Source: an uncultured Thermoanaerobaculia bacterium
Lineage (GTDB): Bacteria > Acidobacteriota > Thermoanaerobaculia > Multivoradales > Multivoraceae
Assembly (NCBI GenBank): GCA_951812325.1
Contig: OX638294.1
Coordinates: forward strand, 1,138,527 to 1,202,526
Direction of reading: 5' to 3'
DNA: 64,000 nt
Under the pieces are notes generated by a model. The model had not been told where the DNA came from. It ran no database searches and saw only the letters and a list, made by a program, of their open reading frames with translations. Positions 48,898-58,557 of the stretch are shown in pieces (the stretch's first letter is position 1; each line of letters starts with the position of its first letter). Made by a program: the position numbers and the translations under genes.

Positions 48898-49304
48898 CCG
48901 GGAGGGGCCGACGTGTCCCTGCGGCGGTTCGCGGTCGCCGTCCGCGGTTGTTGCGCTCCAGGAAGAGGGCGAAGCGGCCGTTGCCGGAGCCGAGATCGAC
49001 GACGCGCAGCAGGCAGGCCGTGAGCCCTGCCGCGGCGCCATCCCGGCCATCCACCCGGGCGCCGGGTACGGTCAAAGTGACCGGCATGGCGGCGGTAGAA
49101 GTCCAGCTTGATCTGGCAGAGGGCGGCCTGGGTTGACGTGTCCATCCGGAAGAGATCGGGGCCGGCAAGCCATGGCTTGCCTGGCATCTGGCGGCGCCGG
49201 TGGCGCCGGGGTGTGGGACGCACCCGGACGGCGACGGTCCGTTGCCGGACCGCCGCCGCATGCGGCTGGCTCGTCCTCAGGAGTTCCGGGGACGAGCCGG
49301 ATCG

Positions 49305-52067
49305 CTATTCCTCGGCCTGCCGGCGCAGGTGGGGCACGATGCCGATGAGCCGTGCGACGTGGTGCTCGAACAGCGTGCCGTCGTCCGCCTCGTCCGCGTC
49401 CACGCCGACCGGGACCGCCGCCGCGGGGCCGTCCAGCAGGTCTCTGCAGACCAGCGGCGCGACGGCCGCGTTCCGCGGGCCGTCGACCCAGTACCAGCCG
49501 CCCGGCCTGGCGCCCTGGACGGACACCTCGCTGGCGATCGGATTGCCGGCGGCGTCGGTGCAGGAGTTGCTGTCCTCGCGCAGCAGCTGGACGACCAGGC
49601 CGTCATCGTTCGCCTGCAGCGTCTGCGTCGTGGTCTCGCCGCTGCAGGTGGTCCGCCACTCGACGGACTCGCCGTCGGTCGGCTTGACGACGATGCCGCC
49701 GGCGCCCCGCCAGTACGGTTTGACGTACTCGCTGCAGACCCCGTCATCGGGCTTCGGCAGGTGCGGCACGATGCCGATCAGCCGTGCGACCTCGTGTTCG
49801 AAGAACGTGCCGTTGTCCGTCACCTCCGTCTCCACGCCGGCGGGAATCGTCGCCACGGCGCCGCCCAGGTCGACTTCGGAGACCAGCGGCGCGACGGCGG
49901 CGTTCCGCGGGCCGTCGATCCAGTACCAGCCGCCGGGCTCGATGTCCGTGACCGACACCTCGCTGCGGACGGCATTCCCGTCATCGTCCGTGCACGCGCC
50001 CCGGCGCACCAGCTGGACGATCAGGCCGTCGTCGTTGGCATACAGCGTCTCCGTCGTGCGGGCGCCGCGGCAGGACATCCGGAACTTCACGGAAAGGCCG
50101 TTGGCCGGCTTGACGACGATGCCGCCGGTGCCCCGGAAGTACGGCGCCACGAACCGGTTGGGATCAAGCGGCTCCGGTTCCGGTTCGGGATCGGGGTCCG
50201 AGTCGGGATCGGAGTCGGGATCGGAGTCGGGATCGGGGTCGGGTTCCGGGGGAGGGGGACAATCGGGCGCCGGAGCCACGTCGTTGATCGTGGCCTCGGC
50301 GATCCACTTGTAGCTCCAGAGTACGTCGACCGGGCTCTTTACTTCGCTGCCGTCGGGGGTGACGTCGACCGAGTATGACTCCGTGGCCTCGACGCTGAAC
50401 GTCTCCGACCCTTCGTTGGCGCAGTCGGTGCGGGCGGCCAGCTCAATCGTCCCCGTTGTCGAGGTGAGGGAACTGCCAATCGACCCAAGCCTCACGGTGG
50501 CCGAGGTCGTGGCGGCGTAGTCTTCACTCGTGGCCGTGCCTTCCTCGGTGGCGTAGACCACCTCCAGAGGAGGCGCCCCGCTGATCTGGGGGAAAACCGA
50601 GTAGCTCACGTCGAAGCTCAGATCCGTCCCTTCGTCCCCCTGCGCGTCGTCGACGCCAAGACACGAGTAGACGCTCAGGTCGCCGTTGTTCCGCCGCGTC
50701 GTCGTGGCGGACGGCAGGTTCCCCGTGAGACTCGTCTCGCACAGGGACAGATGCTGCAGGTTGGTCAGGGTGCCGAGGCTGGAGGGAATGGCGCCGGTAA
50801 AGCCGTTCGACCCGAGGAGGAGGTGCGTGATGCCCGTGGCGGCGGTCGCGTTGTTGATGTTCCCGGTCATCTTGTTGCCGCGGAGGTTGAGCACCCTCAT
50901 GCCGGTGCTGGTGATGCTGGGGATGCCCCCGGTCAAGCTGTTGAAATGGGCCGAGATCTCTTGCAGGTTGTTGCCGGTTGGCAGGGCCGGGATGGCCCCT
51001 GTCAACTTGTTGTCGTTGACGACGAGCTGCTTCAGTTTCACTAGGGTGGACAGGGCGGGGATTTCCCCGGTCAGGTTGTTGCCGACGCCTCTCCCGTCGA
51101 ATCGGAAGTTGTTGCCCACATTGAGACGCTCCAGTCTCACGAGGGCGGACAGATCGGGGATTCCCCCGGTCAGGTTGTTGTCGTTGAGATCGACCTCCCT
51201 CAGGAAGATGATGCCGTTCAACGGCGGGATGCTCCCGGTGAACTTGTTCCTGCCGAGAGCGAGCCACGTCAGGCTGCTGACGTTGGTAATCGCTCCGATC
51301 TCCCCGGTCAGCGCGTTTCTGCTGAGATCGAGTGTCGCCAGGTCGTGGAGGCCGCTGGGATTGGGGAACTCCCCGGTCAGCTCGTTGTCGTTGAGAAGCA
51401 CATGGATCAGGGCGGTGAGGCCGCTCAACGACGGGATGGACCCGGTCAGCTCGTTGTTGTCGAGAAAGATACGCTCCAGGCTGGTCAGGGCGCTCAGATT
51501 CGGGATTTCCCCGGTCAGGGCGTTCCCACTGAGCCTGAGGTACGTCAGATTGGTCAGGTTGCTGAACGATGCGGGGATTCCCCCGGTGAACTTGTTTCTC
51601 CGGAGGTCGAGGTGCGTCAGGTTGGTCAGCGCGCCCACCCACGCCGGGATCGGCCCGGGGGTGAGGTTGTTGTAGGTGAGCCGGAGATACGTGAGTGCGT
51701 CGAGGGCGCTCAGATCGGGGAGCGTCCCCGTAATGTTGTAGCCAGGGCCGAGCGTGAGCCGGGTGACGCGGCTCCTTTCGCCGTTCATGCCGATCGATTG
51801 CCACCGATGCATGCCCCTGTTGCGCGCCCAGTTCAGGCTCGTGTTGTCGCCCGAGCCGAGAGTCAGCGCGGCCTTGAAGGCCAGCAGGGCGGTGCAGTCG
51901 GCAGCCAGCATGTCCCGCTTGGCGTTGCTCAGAGTCCTGCTCCCCACGGCCCCAATGACGGCTACGTCGCCCCTCACGCAGGTTGGCGACGTCTGGGCGT
52001 GGGACGCGCCGCCGAACAGGCCGAGCGCCAGCGCCAGGACGAGGACCTTGAGCACCAGACCCGGCAC
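49305..52067 (-). CDS. Secreted leucine-rich-repeat protein (plant-specific-type LRRs) with two tandem C-terminal repeat domains and an Asp/Pro-rich linker
   Basis: 920 aa. Signal peptide. About 17 repeats of 24 residues, LxxLxxLxLxxNxLTGxIPxxL (for example LTNLTYLRLSGNALTGEIPNLSAL). Linker PEPDPDPDSDPDSDPDSDPDPEPEPEP. Two roughly 140-aa C-terminal repeats (YFRGTGGIVVKP... and YWRGAGGIVVKP...). Confidence 0.8.
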   Translation of the reverse strand: MPGLVLKVLVLALALGLFGGASHAQTSPTCVRGDVAVIGAVGSRTLSNAKRDMLAADCTALLAFKAALTLGSGDNTSLNWARNRGMHRWQSIGMNGERSRVTRLTLGPGYNITGTLPDLSALDALTYLRLTYNNLTPGPIPAWVGALTNLTHLDLRRNKFTGGIPASFSNLTNLTYLRLSGNALTGEIPNLSALTSLERIFLDNNELTGSIPSLSGLTALIHVLLNDNELTGEFPNPSGLHDLATLDLSRNALTGEIGAITNVSSLTWLALGRNKFTGSIPPLNGIIFLREVDLNDNNLTGGIPDLSALVRLERLNVGNNFRFDGRGVGNNLTGEIPALSTLVKLKQLVVNDNKLTGAIPALPTGNNLQEISAHFNSLTGGIPSITSTGMRVLNLRGNKMTGNINNATAATGITHLLLGSNGFTGAIPSSLGTLTNLQHLSLCETSLTGNLPSATTTRRNNGDLSVYSCLGVDDAQGDEGTDLSFDVSYSVFPQISGAPPLEVVYATEEGTATSEDYAATTSATVRLGSIGSSLTSTTGTIELAARTDCANEGSETFSVEATESYSVDVTPDGSEVKSPVDVLWSYKWIAEATINDVAPAPDCPPPPEPDPDPDSDPDSDPDSDPDPEPEPEPLDPNRFVAPYFRGTGGIVVKPANGLSVKFRMSCRGARTTETLYANDDGLIVQLVRRGACTDDDGNAVRSEVSVTDIEPGGWYWIDGPRNAAVAPLVSEVDLGGAVATIPAGVETEVTDNGTFFEHEVARLIGIVPHLPKPDDGVCSEYVKPYWRGAGGIVVKPTDGESVEWRTTCSGETTTQTLQANDDGLVVQLLREDSNSCTDAAGNPIASEVSVQGARPGGWYWVDGPRNAAVAPLVCRDLLDGPAAAVPVGVDADEADDGTLFEHHVARLIGIVPHLRRQAEE
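49335..50170. repeat. Intragenic tandem duplication, 2 x about 420 bp (about 75% identical), encoding the two C-terminal repeat domains of the LRR protein
   Basis: GCAGGTGGGGCACGATGCCGATGAGCCGTGCGAC... at about 49335 and GGCAGGTGCGGCACGATGCCGATCAGCCGTGCGAC... at about 49755. Confidence 0.7.
50170..50265. repeat. 12-bp microsatellite-like repeat (GGGATCGGAGTC)n encoding the (DPDS)n linker
   Basis: GGGATCGGGGTCCGAGTCGGGATCGGAGTCGGGATCGGAGTCGGGATCGGGGTCGGGTTCCGG. Confidence 0.7.
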
Positions 52068-52155
52068 GTGGGCCGACTGCCGGAACCGACGCTCAAGGAG
52101 CGTGAGAAGCGTTCGGCGACGATCAACTCCGGCAGCCTGTGGTGAAAGTCGTCCT

Positions 52156-52172
52156 TGGGGGGGGGGGGGGGG
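52156..52172. repeat. Homopolymeric G17 tract (C17 on the minus strand) about 90 bp upstream of the LRR-protein gene start
   Basis: TCCTTGGGGGGGGGGGGGGGGGCGGGGGAGG: 17 consecutive G, then C, then 5 G. This is extreme even for a 70% GC genome. Confidence 0.7.
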
Positions 52173-52536
52173 CGGGGGAGGACGACGAGGCCGGGATTCG
52201 ATCTGGAGCTTGATCCATCACGCTCTCCTTGAAGGCAGGTACTCGAAGGCAGGTAGTCGTGGCGCCAGGATGGCCGGTGATCCGCAGGGTCACCTTCTCG
52301 CCGCCGCGGTTGGGGAGCTGGCTGGCTGGCTGCGAGCAGAGGAACGAGCGACGCCGCTCTTCAGGCAGGGGGAGTTTAGCTTGTCTTCGTCCAAACGCAG
52401 AAGTGCTTGATTTTGCTGGGCTAACGCCAGGCGGCGGCGCGCGACGCTCGCTCCGAGGCCGCCGGGACCCCACTCCCCTCAGGTGGCCCTGCGCGGGCGA
52501 CGAACCCGGTCCGGACCTCGCTGCTACTGTTCGTCG

Positions 52537-54534
52537 ATGCTCAGCCAGAGGTGTTGTCGGGTGAGGTGGCTGCCGGTCGGGCTTGCGCTGGCGGTCGGCG
52601 GCGCGGCTTTGGCCCAGGAGCCTCTGGACACGGACTGGCCGGTGACCACGGGCAACAACGCGAGTCAGCGGTACGCGCCGCTTGAGCAGATCGATCGGGA
52701 CAACTTCGGGGAGCTCGAGGTCGCCTGGCGATGGTCGTCGCCGGACAACGAGTTGATGACCGGGGATGGCGCAACGGGCGGGCGGCGCATGACGCCGCGA
52801 AACCACGAGGCGATTCCGATCAAGGTGGGCGACCGGCTCTACGTGACGACCGGCTACGGGCAGATCGCGGCGATCGATATCGAGCGGGGGAAGAGCTCCT
52901 GGACCTACGATCCGAAGGCCTACGTTCACGGCCGGCCGACGAACCTCGGCTTCACCCACCGGGGCGCCTCGTACTGGAAGGACCCGGACCTGCCCGGCGA
53001 AGGCGGCCGGCTGGTGTGGGCTGGAGGCGACTCCTTCCTGCGGGCGGTCGACACGCTGAGCGGCGAACCGATCGCGTCGTTCGGAGACGGCGGCGCCGTG
53101 GACCTCACCCTCGGTCTGCACCGGGAGGTGTCGCGCCGGGTCTACAGCGTGAGTTCGCCGGTCACGCTGTGCCGCGACGTGGCGATCGTCGGTTCTTCGA
53201 TCTCGGACGGTCCGCGCGCGCCGGAGGCGCCGCCTGGGGACGTGCGCGGATTCGACGTCCGCACCGGGGAGCAGCTCTGGACCTTCCACTCCGTCCCGCA
53301 GGAGGGGGAACCCGGGCGCGATACGTGGGAGAACGGTTCGTGGAAGGTCAGCGGCAACACGAACGTATGGACCCTGATGAGTGCGGACCCGGGGCTCGGC
53401 CTCGCCTACCTGCCGTTCGGAACGCCGACCAACGACTGGTACGGCGGGCATCGCCTCGGCGACAACCTCTACGCCGAGTCGCTCGTCGCGGTCGACTGCG
53501 AGACCGGTGAGCGGCGCTGGCACTTCCAGACGGTCCACCACGGCCTGTGGGACTACGACCTGCCGACGCCGGCGATCATCGGCGACATCGAGGTCGAGGG
53601 CCGGTCGATCCGCGCGGCGATGCAGCTCTCCAAGCAGGGCTTCCTCTACGTCTTCGACGCCCGCACCGGCGAAGACGTCTGGCCGATCCTGGAGCGCGAA
53701 GTGCCGCAGACCGGCATTGTCGGCGAGCGGACATCGCCGACGCAGCCCTTCCCCACCAGGCCGCCGGCCTTCGAACGCCAGGGCATCGGCCCGGACGATC
53801 TGATCGACTTCACGCCGGAACTCCGCGCCGAGGCGATGGCGATTCTCTCCCGGTACCAGTACGGCCCGATGTTCACGCCGCCCACGGAACGCGGCACGTT
53901 CCTGATGCCCGGCTACGGCGGCGGCGCGAGCTGGCCCGGCGGCGCGTTCGACCCGGAGGCCGGCATGCTCTACGTGCCGTCCTTCACCTGGCCCGTGGTC
54001 AACACGCTGCGCAAGCCGGACCCGAGCCGGTCGTCCTTCGACTACGTCGGCCGCATCAACAGCGATGTCCGCGGGCCCCGCGACCTGCCCCTGGTCAAGC
54101 CGCCCTACTCCCGGATCACCGCCTACGAGATGAACCGCGGCGAGATCGCCTGGACCGTGCCCCTGGGCTACGGCCCGCGGCGCCATCCGGACCTGGCCGC
54201 GCTCGACCTGCCGCCGCTCGGTTCGGGCGCCCGCGGCCACGTCGTGGCGACGAAGACGCTCCTGTTCGTGACCGCCGGCCGGTCGCTCGCCTTCCGCGGG
54301 ATCGACCGGGAGGCCACGGCCGAGGGCGCGGTACGCGACGACTGGCGGGTCGAGACGCCGGCGCTGCGGGCGTTCGACAAGGCGACGGGGGAACTCGTTG
54401 GCGAAATCGAGCTGCCGGCGCACACCGACGGCAGTCCGATCACCTTCCTGCATCGCGGCCGGCAATACCTGGTGTTCGCGCTCGGCGGACGCGGCGCGCC
54501 GTTCGAGCTGATCGCCTACCGGCTTCCGGCCTGA
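52537..54534 (+). CDS. PQQ-dependent dehydrogenase (quinoprotein, glucose/alcohol dehydrogenase-like), periplasmic
   Basis: Signal peptide MLSQRCCRVRWLPVGLALAVGGAALAQEP. Repeated W-containing propeller motifs (WAGGDSFLRAVD, WTFHSV.., WHFQTVHHGLWDYD). Confidence 0.8.
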   Translation: MLSQRCCRVRWLPVGLALAVGGAALAQEPLDTDWPVTTGNNASQRYAPLEQIDRDNFGELEVAWRWSSPDNELMTGDGATGGRRMTPRNHEAIPIKVGDRLYVTTGYGQIAAIDIERGKSSWTYDPKAYVHGRPTNLGFTHRGASYWKDPDLPGEGGRLVWAGGDSFLRAVDTLSGEPIASFGDGGAVDLTLGLHREVSRRVYSVSSPVTLCRDVAIVGSSISDGPRAPEAPPGDVRGFDVRTGEQLWTFHSVPQEGEPGRDTWENGSWKVSGNTNVWTLMSADPGLGLAYLPFGTPTNDWYGGHRLGDNLYAESLVAVDCETGERRWHFQTVHHGLWDYDLPTPAIIGDIEVEGRSIRAAMQLSKQGFLYVFDARTGEDVWPILEREVPQTGIVGERTSPTQPFPTRPPAFERQGIGPDDLIDFTPELRAEAMAILSRYQYGPMFTPPTERGTFLMPGYGGGASWPGGAFDPEAGMLYVPSFTWPVVNTLRKPDPSRSSFDYVGRINSDVRGPRDLPLVKPPYSRITAYEMNRGEIAWTVPLGYGPRRHPDLAALDLPPLGSGARGHVVATKTLLFVTAGRSLAFRGIDREATAEGAVRDDWRVETPALRAFDKATGELVGEIELPAHTDGSPITFLHRGRQYLVFALGGRGAPFELIAYRLPA

Positions 54535-54767
54535 CCCGTTCAGGCGTCCTGGCCACCGCTCCGGGCACACCGCATCCCGGCCAGCGAGACCGAAGAGAAG
54601 CACGAGGAGAAACAGGATGAGAACGACGGCGCCTGCACGCGGGACGCGACCTGCTCCGTCCACGTGCCGATGCCGGACGGCGTCGGCATATCGCCGTCGA
54701 CAGATCCGCTTGCATGGCGCCCGCAGGACCTCGTCGGCACCGAGGCCGCGGCGTTCCGCGACTGGGT

Positions 54768-55550
54768 CTACGAGACTCCGTCCGACCCGTTCATCACCAG
54801 CGTCCACAATCGACAGGCAGCAGCGCCGTTTGTACCGCCAGCATCGCAGGCGCCAGCATCGCAGGTGATCGCGTAGCAGCCGACCAGGGTTGCCGCTACG
54901 CCAGCATCGCGGTCGATCGTCGCACGCAGCCGCAGGTCTCCGCTGCGCTTTGTGCCCTTCGCGCCGTCCCGCCGCTTGAGTTCGACATCCGAAAACCCGA
55001 GCACACGGCGGTGGACTGGAAACAGCGCCTTGTACGCGCTCTCCTTGGCCGAGAACGCGAGCGTGAACATCTCCTCCCTGGTCAGGCCGCCGTTCTCGCC
55101 GCAACGGAGTTCCAGTTCCCGATCGGTCAACACCCGCGGTCCGAGACGCGAAGCCTGATCCGCCGAAACGACTCGTTCCACGTCGACGCCGAGGCCCCGG
55201 CAGCGGTGCGCGGCCACGACCGCCGCGAAGCCGAAGCCGGCGCCGTGGGAAATCGAGCCGACCACGCCTTCCGGCCACAGCGGGACATCGTCGTCGTCCG
55301 CGGCGACATCGCCCTCGGCAACGGCGGTCCCCAACAGGTCCGACAGCGCGCGCGCCGCGCTGATGCGACCCGCCAGATACTCGCGGCGACGCTTCTCGAT
55401 GGCGCCTTCCAGGGAAGCAGGCAGAGCGATCCCCAGGCGCTCCGCCTCGGCGCCGAGGTCCTCGAGCCGGCCGATCCGCTGCGCCGCCGTGCTGATGTGG
55501 CGAGGAAGGTGGCGCGCCAGGCCGGGAGGAACTCCGTTGGCGGCTTTCAC
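54768..55550 (-). CDS. Sfp/EntD-type 4'-phosphopantetheinyl transferase
   Basis: PLWPEGVVGSISHGAGF and FSAKESAYKAL motifs. The GTG start at about 55550 overlaps the upstream stop; the ORF track's longer N-terminus overlaps the DCC gene. Confidence 0.65.
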   Translation of the reverse strand: MKAANGVPPGLARHLPRHISTAAQRIGRLEDLGAEAERLGIALPASLEGAIEKRRREYLAGRISAARALSDLLGTAVAEGDVAADDDDVPLWPEGVVGSISHGAGFGFAAVVAAHRCRGLGVDVERVVSADQASRLGPRVLTDRELELRCGENGGLTREEMFTLAFSAKESAYKALFPVHRRVLGFSDVELKRRDGAKGTKRSGDLRLRATIDRDAGVAATLVGCYAITCDAGACDAGGTNGAAACRLWTLVMNGSDGVS

Positions 55551-56023
55551 GCCAGGAAGTAGCGCCGCTGCTCCGGCGTCGGCGCCGGGCACTCGGCAAG
55601 CCGCCGTCCGACGCGCCGGCGATTCTTCGCCACCTGCCTGTAGCCCCAGTCCAGGATCGCCCGGGGCGCCATCCACGGCAGCAACGCCAGCCATCGCTCG
55701 GGCCCGCGCAGCCGGGACGCGAGCCAGATCACCGCCTCGCTGCGCACACGGATTCTGCCTGCCGGATCGGCCGGCAAACCGCCCCGGTCCGGATCGTCAG
55801 CGGGCGGACTCTGGATCACCATGCTGTCGACTCCGGCCAGATCGGGGCGCAGATCGACCAGGCGTCTGAACAGCTCGCTGCTCTGCGGCGCGAAGCGGAC
55901 TCCCGATGGCACACCCTGCGCCAGGCACCGCGCCACCGACCAGTTGCAGAGCGCGCAGTCGCCGTCGTAGTAGACGATGGCCCTGGCGGGCCAAGGCTCG
56001 TGACCCCTGTCCATCAGCCTCAT
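55547..56023 (-). CDS. DCC1-like thiol-disulfide oxidoreductase family protein (DUF393)
   Basis: IVYYDGDCALCNWSV is the DUF393 signature. Confidence 0.7.
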   Translation of the reverse strand: MRLMDRGHEPWPARAIVYYDGDCALCNWSVARCLAQGVPSGVRFAPQSSELFRRLVDLRPDLAGVDSMVIQSPPADDPDRGGLPADPAGRIRVRSEAVIWLASRLRGPERWLALLPWMAPRAILDWGYRQVAKNRRRVGRRLAECPAPTPEQRRYFLA

Positions 56024-56120
56024 TCTACGGTCGCCGCGCCACTCGACCCGCTGACGACATGGCGGCAGTCCGGGCGCGTCGAACGGCGCCAGGCGGAAGG
56101 CCAGCGTTCCCGGGCGGCCG

Positions 56121-56657
56121 CTACCTGTTGGCCGCCTCGTCGAGGACCCGCAGAAACGCCGCGCCGTTCATCAGTTGCGGTGAGCCGTCCACCATCTCCA
56201 TGCGCTCGACGTACGACGCCGTCCGGCCATCGGCGCTGTACATCACCAGGGTCGGATAGCCGCGCACTCCCAGTCGCTGGCCCAGCTGGCTCTCGCGGCC
56301 GCCCGACTCCGGGTTGAGGCGCACCGCGAGCACCGCATCAAGGTAGCTGTCGACCTCCGCGTCCGTGAGCAGCTCACGCTCGAACTGCCGGCAGTACGGG
56401 CACCAGTCCGTGTAGATGTAGAGGAACAGCGGCAGGTTGTCGCGCTGTTGCACGTCCAGCGCCTCTTCCAGACCGGCAGCCCCCTCGTACCAACCCTCGA
56501 AGTCCGGGCGGTTGGGCGAGTCGGCCCCGGCCGGGAGCGTGTACGCCAGAAGCGCCGCGAAACCGGACATGAGGAGAACCGCCGTTCCCGCCAGACCAGC
56601 TCGCGGACCCCACCGCCGCATGCCGGGACAACATCTCATGGTGTCCGAGAGTATCAC
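56121..56657 (-). CDS. Thioredoxin-fold protein (TlpA/thioredoxin-like), membrane-anchored or secreted
   Basis: N-terminal hydrophobic segment. WCPYC active-site motif in LFLYIYTDWCPYCRQFE. Confidence 0.7.
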   Translation of the reverse strand: MILSDTMRCCPGMRRWGPRAGLAGTAVLLMSGFAALLAYTLPAGADSPNRPDFEGWYEGAAGLEEALDVQQRDNLPLFLYIYTDWCPYCRQFERELLTDAEVDSYLDAVLAVRLNPESGGRESQLGQRLGVRGYPTLVMYSADGRTASYVERMEMVDGSPQLMNGAAFLRVLDEAANR

Positions 56658-56790
56658 CCGGCCTCACGCTCAACGCTCGCCGAACCTCGGGCGGCAGCCG
56701 CTGCCTGGCGCGCCTGCGGCCGCTGCGGCGGAACCACCCCGGCGCCGATCGGGAGCGACTCGCGGGACCGCAACTCCGTTCACGATCATC

Positions 56791-58476
56791 TCAGGATCGG
56801 ATGACACGGGCCGCGCCAGGGTTCGTGGACGGCCCCGGCAGCAGCGGCGCCGCCCTGCCCATCGCCTTCTCGGCGGCCTCCACGAGCCGGTCCAGACCCG
56901 CCCGCGTGTGCGCGCTGACGGCGACCGCATCGAGTCGCTCCGCCAGCAGGCGGGCACGTTCCGCGGTCACGAGATCGCACTTGTTCAAGACGACCAGCAG
57001 CGGCTTGGAGCCGAGCGACAGCTCCTCGAGCAGCCCGTCCACCGCTTCCGCCTTGGTGCGCCACGCCGGATCGGAACCATCGACGACGTGGAGCAGCAGG
57101 TCCGCGTCGTCGAGTTCCTCCAGGGTGGCCCGGAACGCCCGCACCAGGTCCGGCGGCAGCTCGGCAAGGAAGCCGACCGTGTCGGTGATCACCACCTCGC
57201 CCTCCCTCGGAAAACGAATCCGCCGACTGGTCGGGTCCAGGGTCACGAAGAGCTGCGAGGCGGTCTTCACCGAACTCCGGGTCAGCGCGTTGAGGAGCGT
57301 GCTCTTGCCCGCGTTCGTGTAGCCGACCAGCGACAGCACCGGCACCCGCCGGTCGCGCCGCCGGCTGCGCGCCACGTCCCGCTGTCGCGAAAGACGCTCG
57401 ACCTGCTTCTCGAGCTTGCGGATCCGGTCGCGAATGCGACGGCGGCCCACCTCGAGCACCGTTTCCCCCGGCCCCCGGCCGCCGATGCCTCCGGTCAGCC
57501 GGGACAGTCCCTGGTCCTTCTCGGTCAGCCGCGGCAGGGAGTAGCGCAGTTGGGCCAGCTCGACCTGCAGCTTGCCGTCCCGCGAGCGCGCACGCTGCGC
57601 GAACACGTCCAGAATCAGTTGGGTGCGGTCGATCGCCTTGAGGCCGGTCGCGTCCTCGAACGCCCGAGCCTGCGCGGGCTTCAGGTCGATGTCGAAGATC
57701 GCGACCTCGGCGCCCGCGCGCATGCTCTGAAGCACGATCTCGGTCAGCTTGCCCCGACCCACCACGGTCCGCGGATGAATGCGGGAACGGCGCTGACGCA
57801 TCACGCCCGCAACCTCGACGCCGGCCGAGCGCACGAGATCGACCGTCTCGCGGAAGTGGCCGTCGTCCGGTCTGACGCCGATCACGAGGGCGCATTCGCT
57901 CTCCGCTTCCCGTCCGCCGCGCTGGCGGCCCATCTCCCGCTCGACCGCCCGGATGGTCGCCGCGAAGTCAAGTTCCAGCTCGTGGACCCGCGGCGCGTCG
58001 ACACGAAGAAAGTGCGTGGTCCCGGCGCTGCCGTCCATCGGCGGCTCGGGCGCCAGCCAGGCCACTTCGATACCGCCCGCGGCGCCGTCCTCGAGAGCCT
58101 GAACCACCGCGACCATGTCCAGGCGAAGCAACGCGAGGTCGTTGAGGTCGTCGGCGCTCAGACTCTCGCCGCGCAGATGGGTATGGACGAGACGCAGGCG
58201 CCGAAAGCGGCCTGGGCCTCCCCGCAGGCGTCCGATATCCGGAATCTCCAGTTGCCCGGCATCGCCGACAATCACCTTGCTCACCGCGCCGTCGCGGCTC
58301 AGCAGCACGCCGACCTGACGTCCGATGTCACGCGACAGGGAGCAGAGATGACGGGCCAGCTCGGTCGAGACCACCTGGTCCGGGCGGACCTTCCGCCGGT
58401 AGGTGCGCTCGAGAGCGCCGCGCTGCGCGGCCTTGAGTCCGCGAATGTCGCCGTGAAGCGGTCTCATTCGGGCCAA
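56791..58476 (-). CDS. hflX: GTPase HflX with an N-terminal extension
   Basis: [15 protein letters not shown] (G1), DTVGF (G3), NKCD (G4), and HflX N-domain motifs. 561 aa. Confidence 0.85.
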   Translation of the reverse strand: MARMRPLHGDIRGLKAAQRGALERTYRRKVRPDQVVSTELARHLCSLSRDIGRQVGVLLSRDGAVSKVIVGDAGQLEIPDIGRLRGGPGRFRRLRLVHTHLRGESLSADDLNDLALLRLDMVAVVQALEDGAAGGIEVAWLAPEPPMDGSAGTTHFLRVDAPRVHELELDFAATIRAVEREMGRQRGGREAESECALVIGVRPDDGHFRETVDLVRSAGVEVAGVMRQRRSRIHPRTVVGRGKLTEIVLQSMRAGAEVAIFDIDLKPAQARAFEDATGLKAIDRTQLILDVFAQRARSRDGKLQVELAQLRYSLPRLTEKDQGLSRLTGGIGGRGPGETVLEVGRRRIRDRIRKLEKQVERLSRQRDVARSRRRDRRVPVLSLVGYTNAGKSTLLNALTRSSVKTASQLFVTLDPTSRRIRFPREGEVVITDTVGFLAELPPDLVRAFRATLEELDDADLLLHVVDGSDPAWRTKAEAVDGLLEELSLGSKPLLVVLNKCDLVTAERARLLAERLDAVAVSAHTRAGLDRLVEAAEKAMGRAAPLLPGPSTNPGAARVIRS

Positions 58477-58557
58477 CCGTCGGTTCCAGTGTTTTCCAAT
58501 AGAGAAATGAGCGTGGAGCGGCGACGGTAGAGAGGCTTCAATCCGGTTCGGTTCAGG

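Noticed and set aside
52156-52172. G17 tract as a purely biological signal
   Set aside because: It cannot be distinguished from a poly-G sequencing or assembly artefact without reads. It is kept as a finding, but with that caveat.
52123-55599. 1158-aa ORF on the minus strand
   Set aside because: Antisense to the PQQ dehydrogenase and PPTase region, with an Arg/Pro/Gly-dominated composition and no motifs. Spurious.
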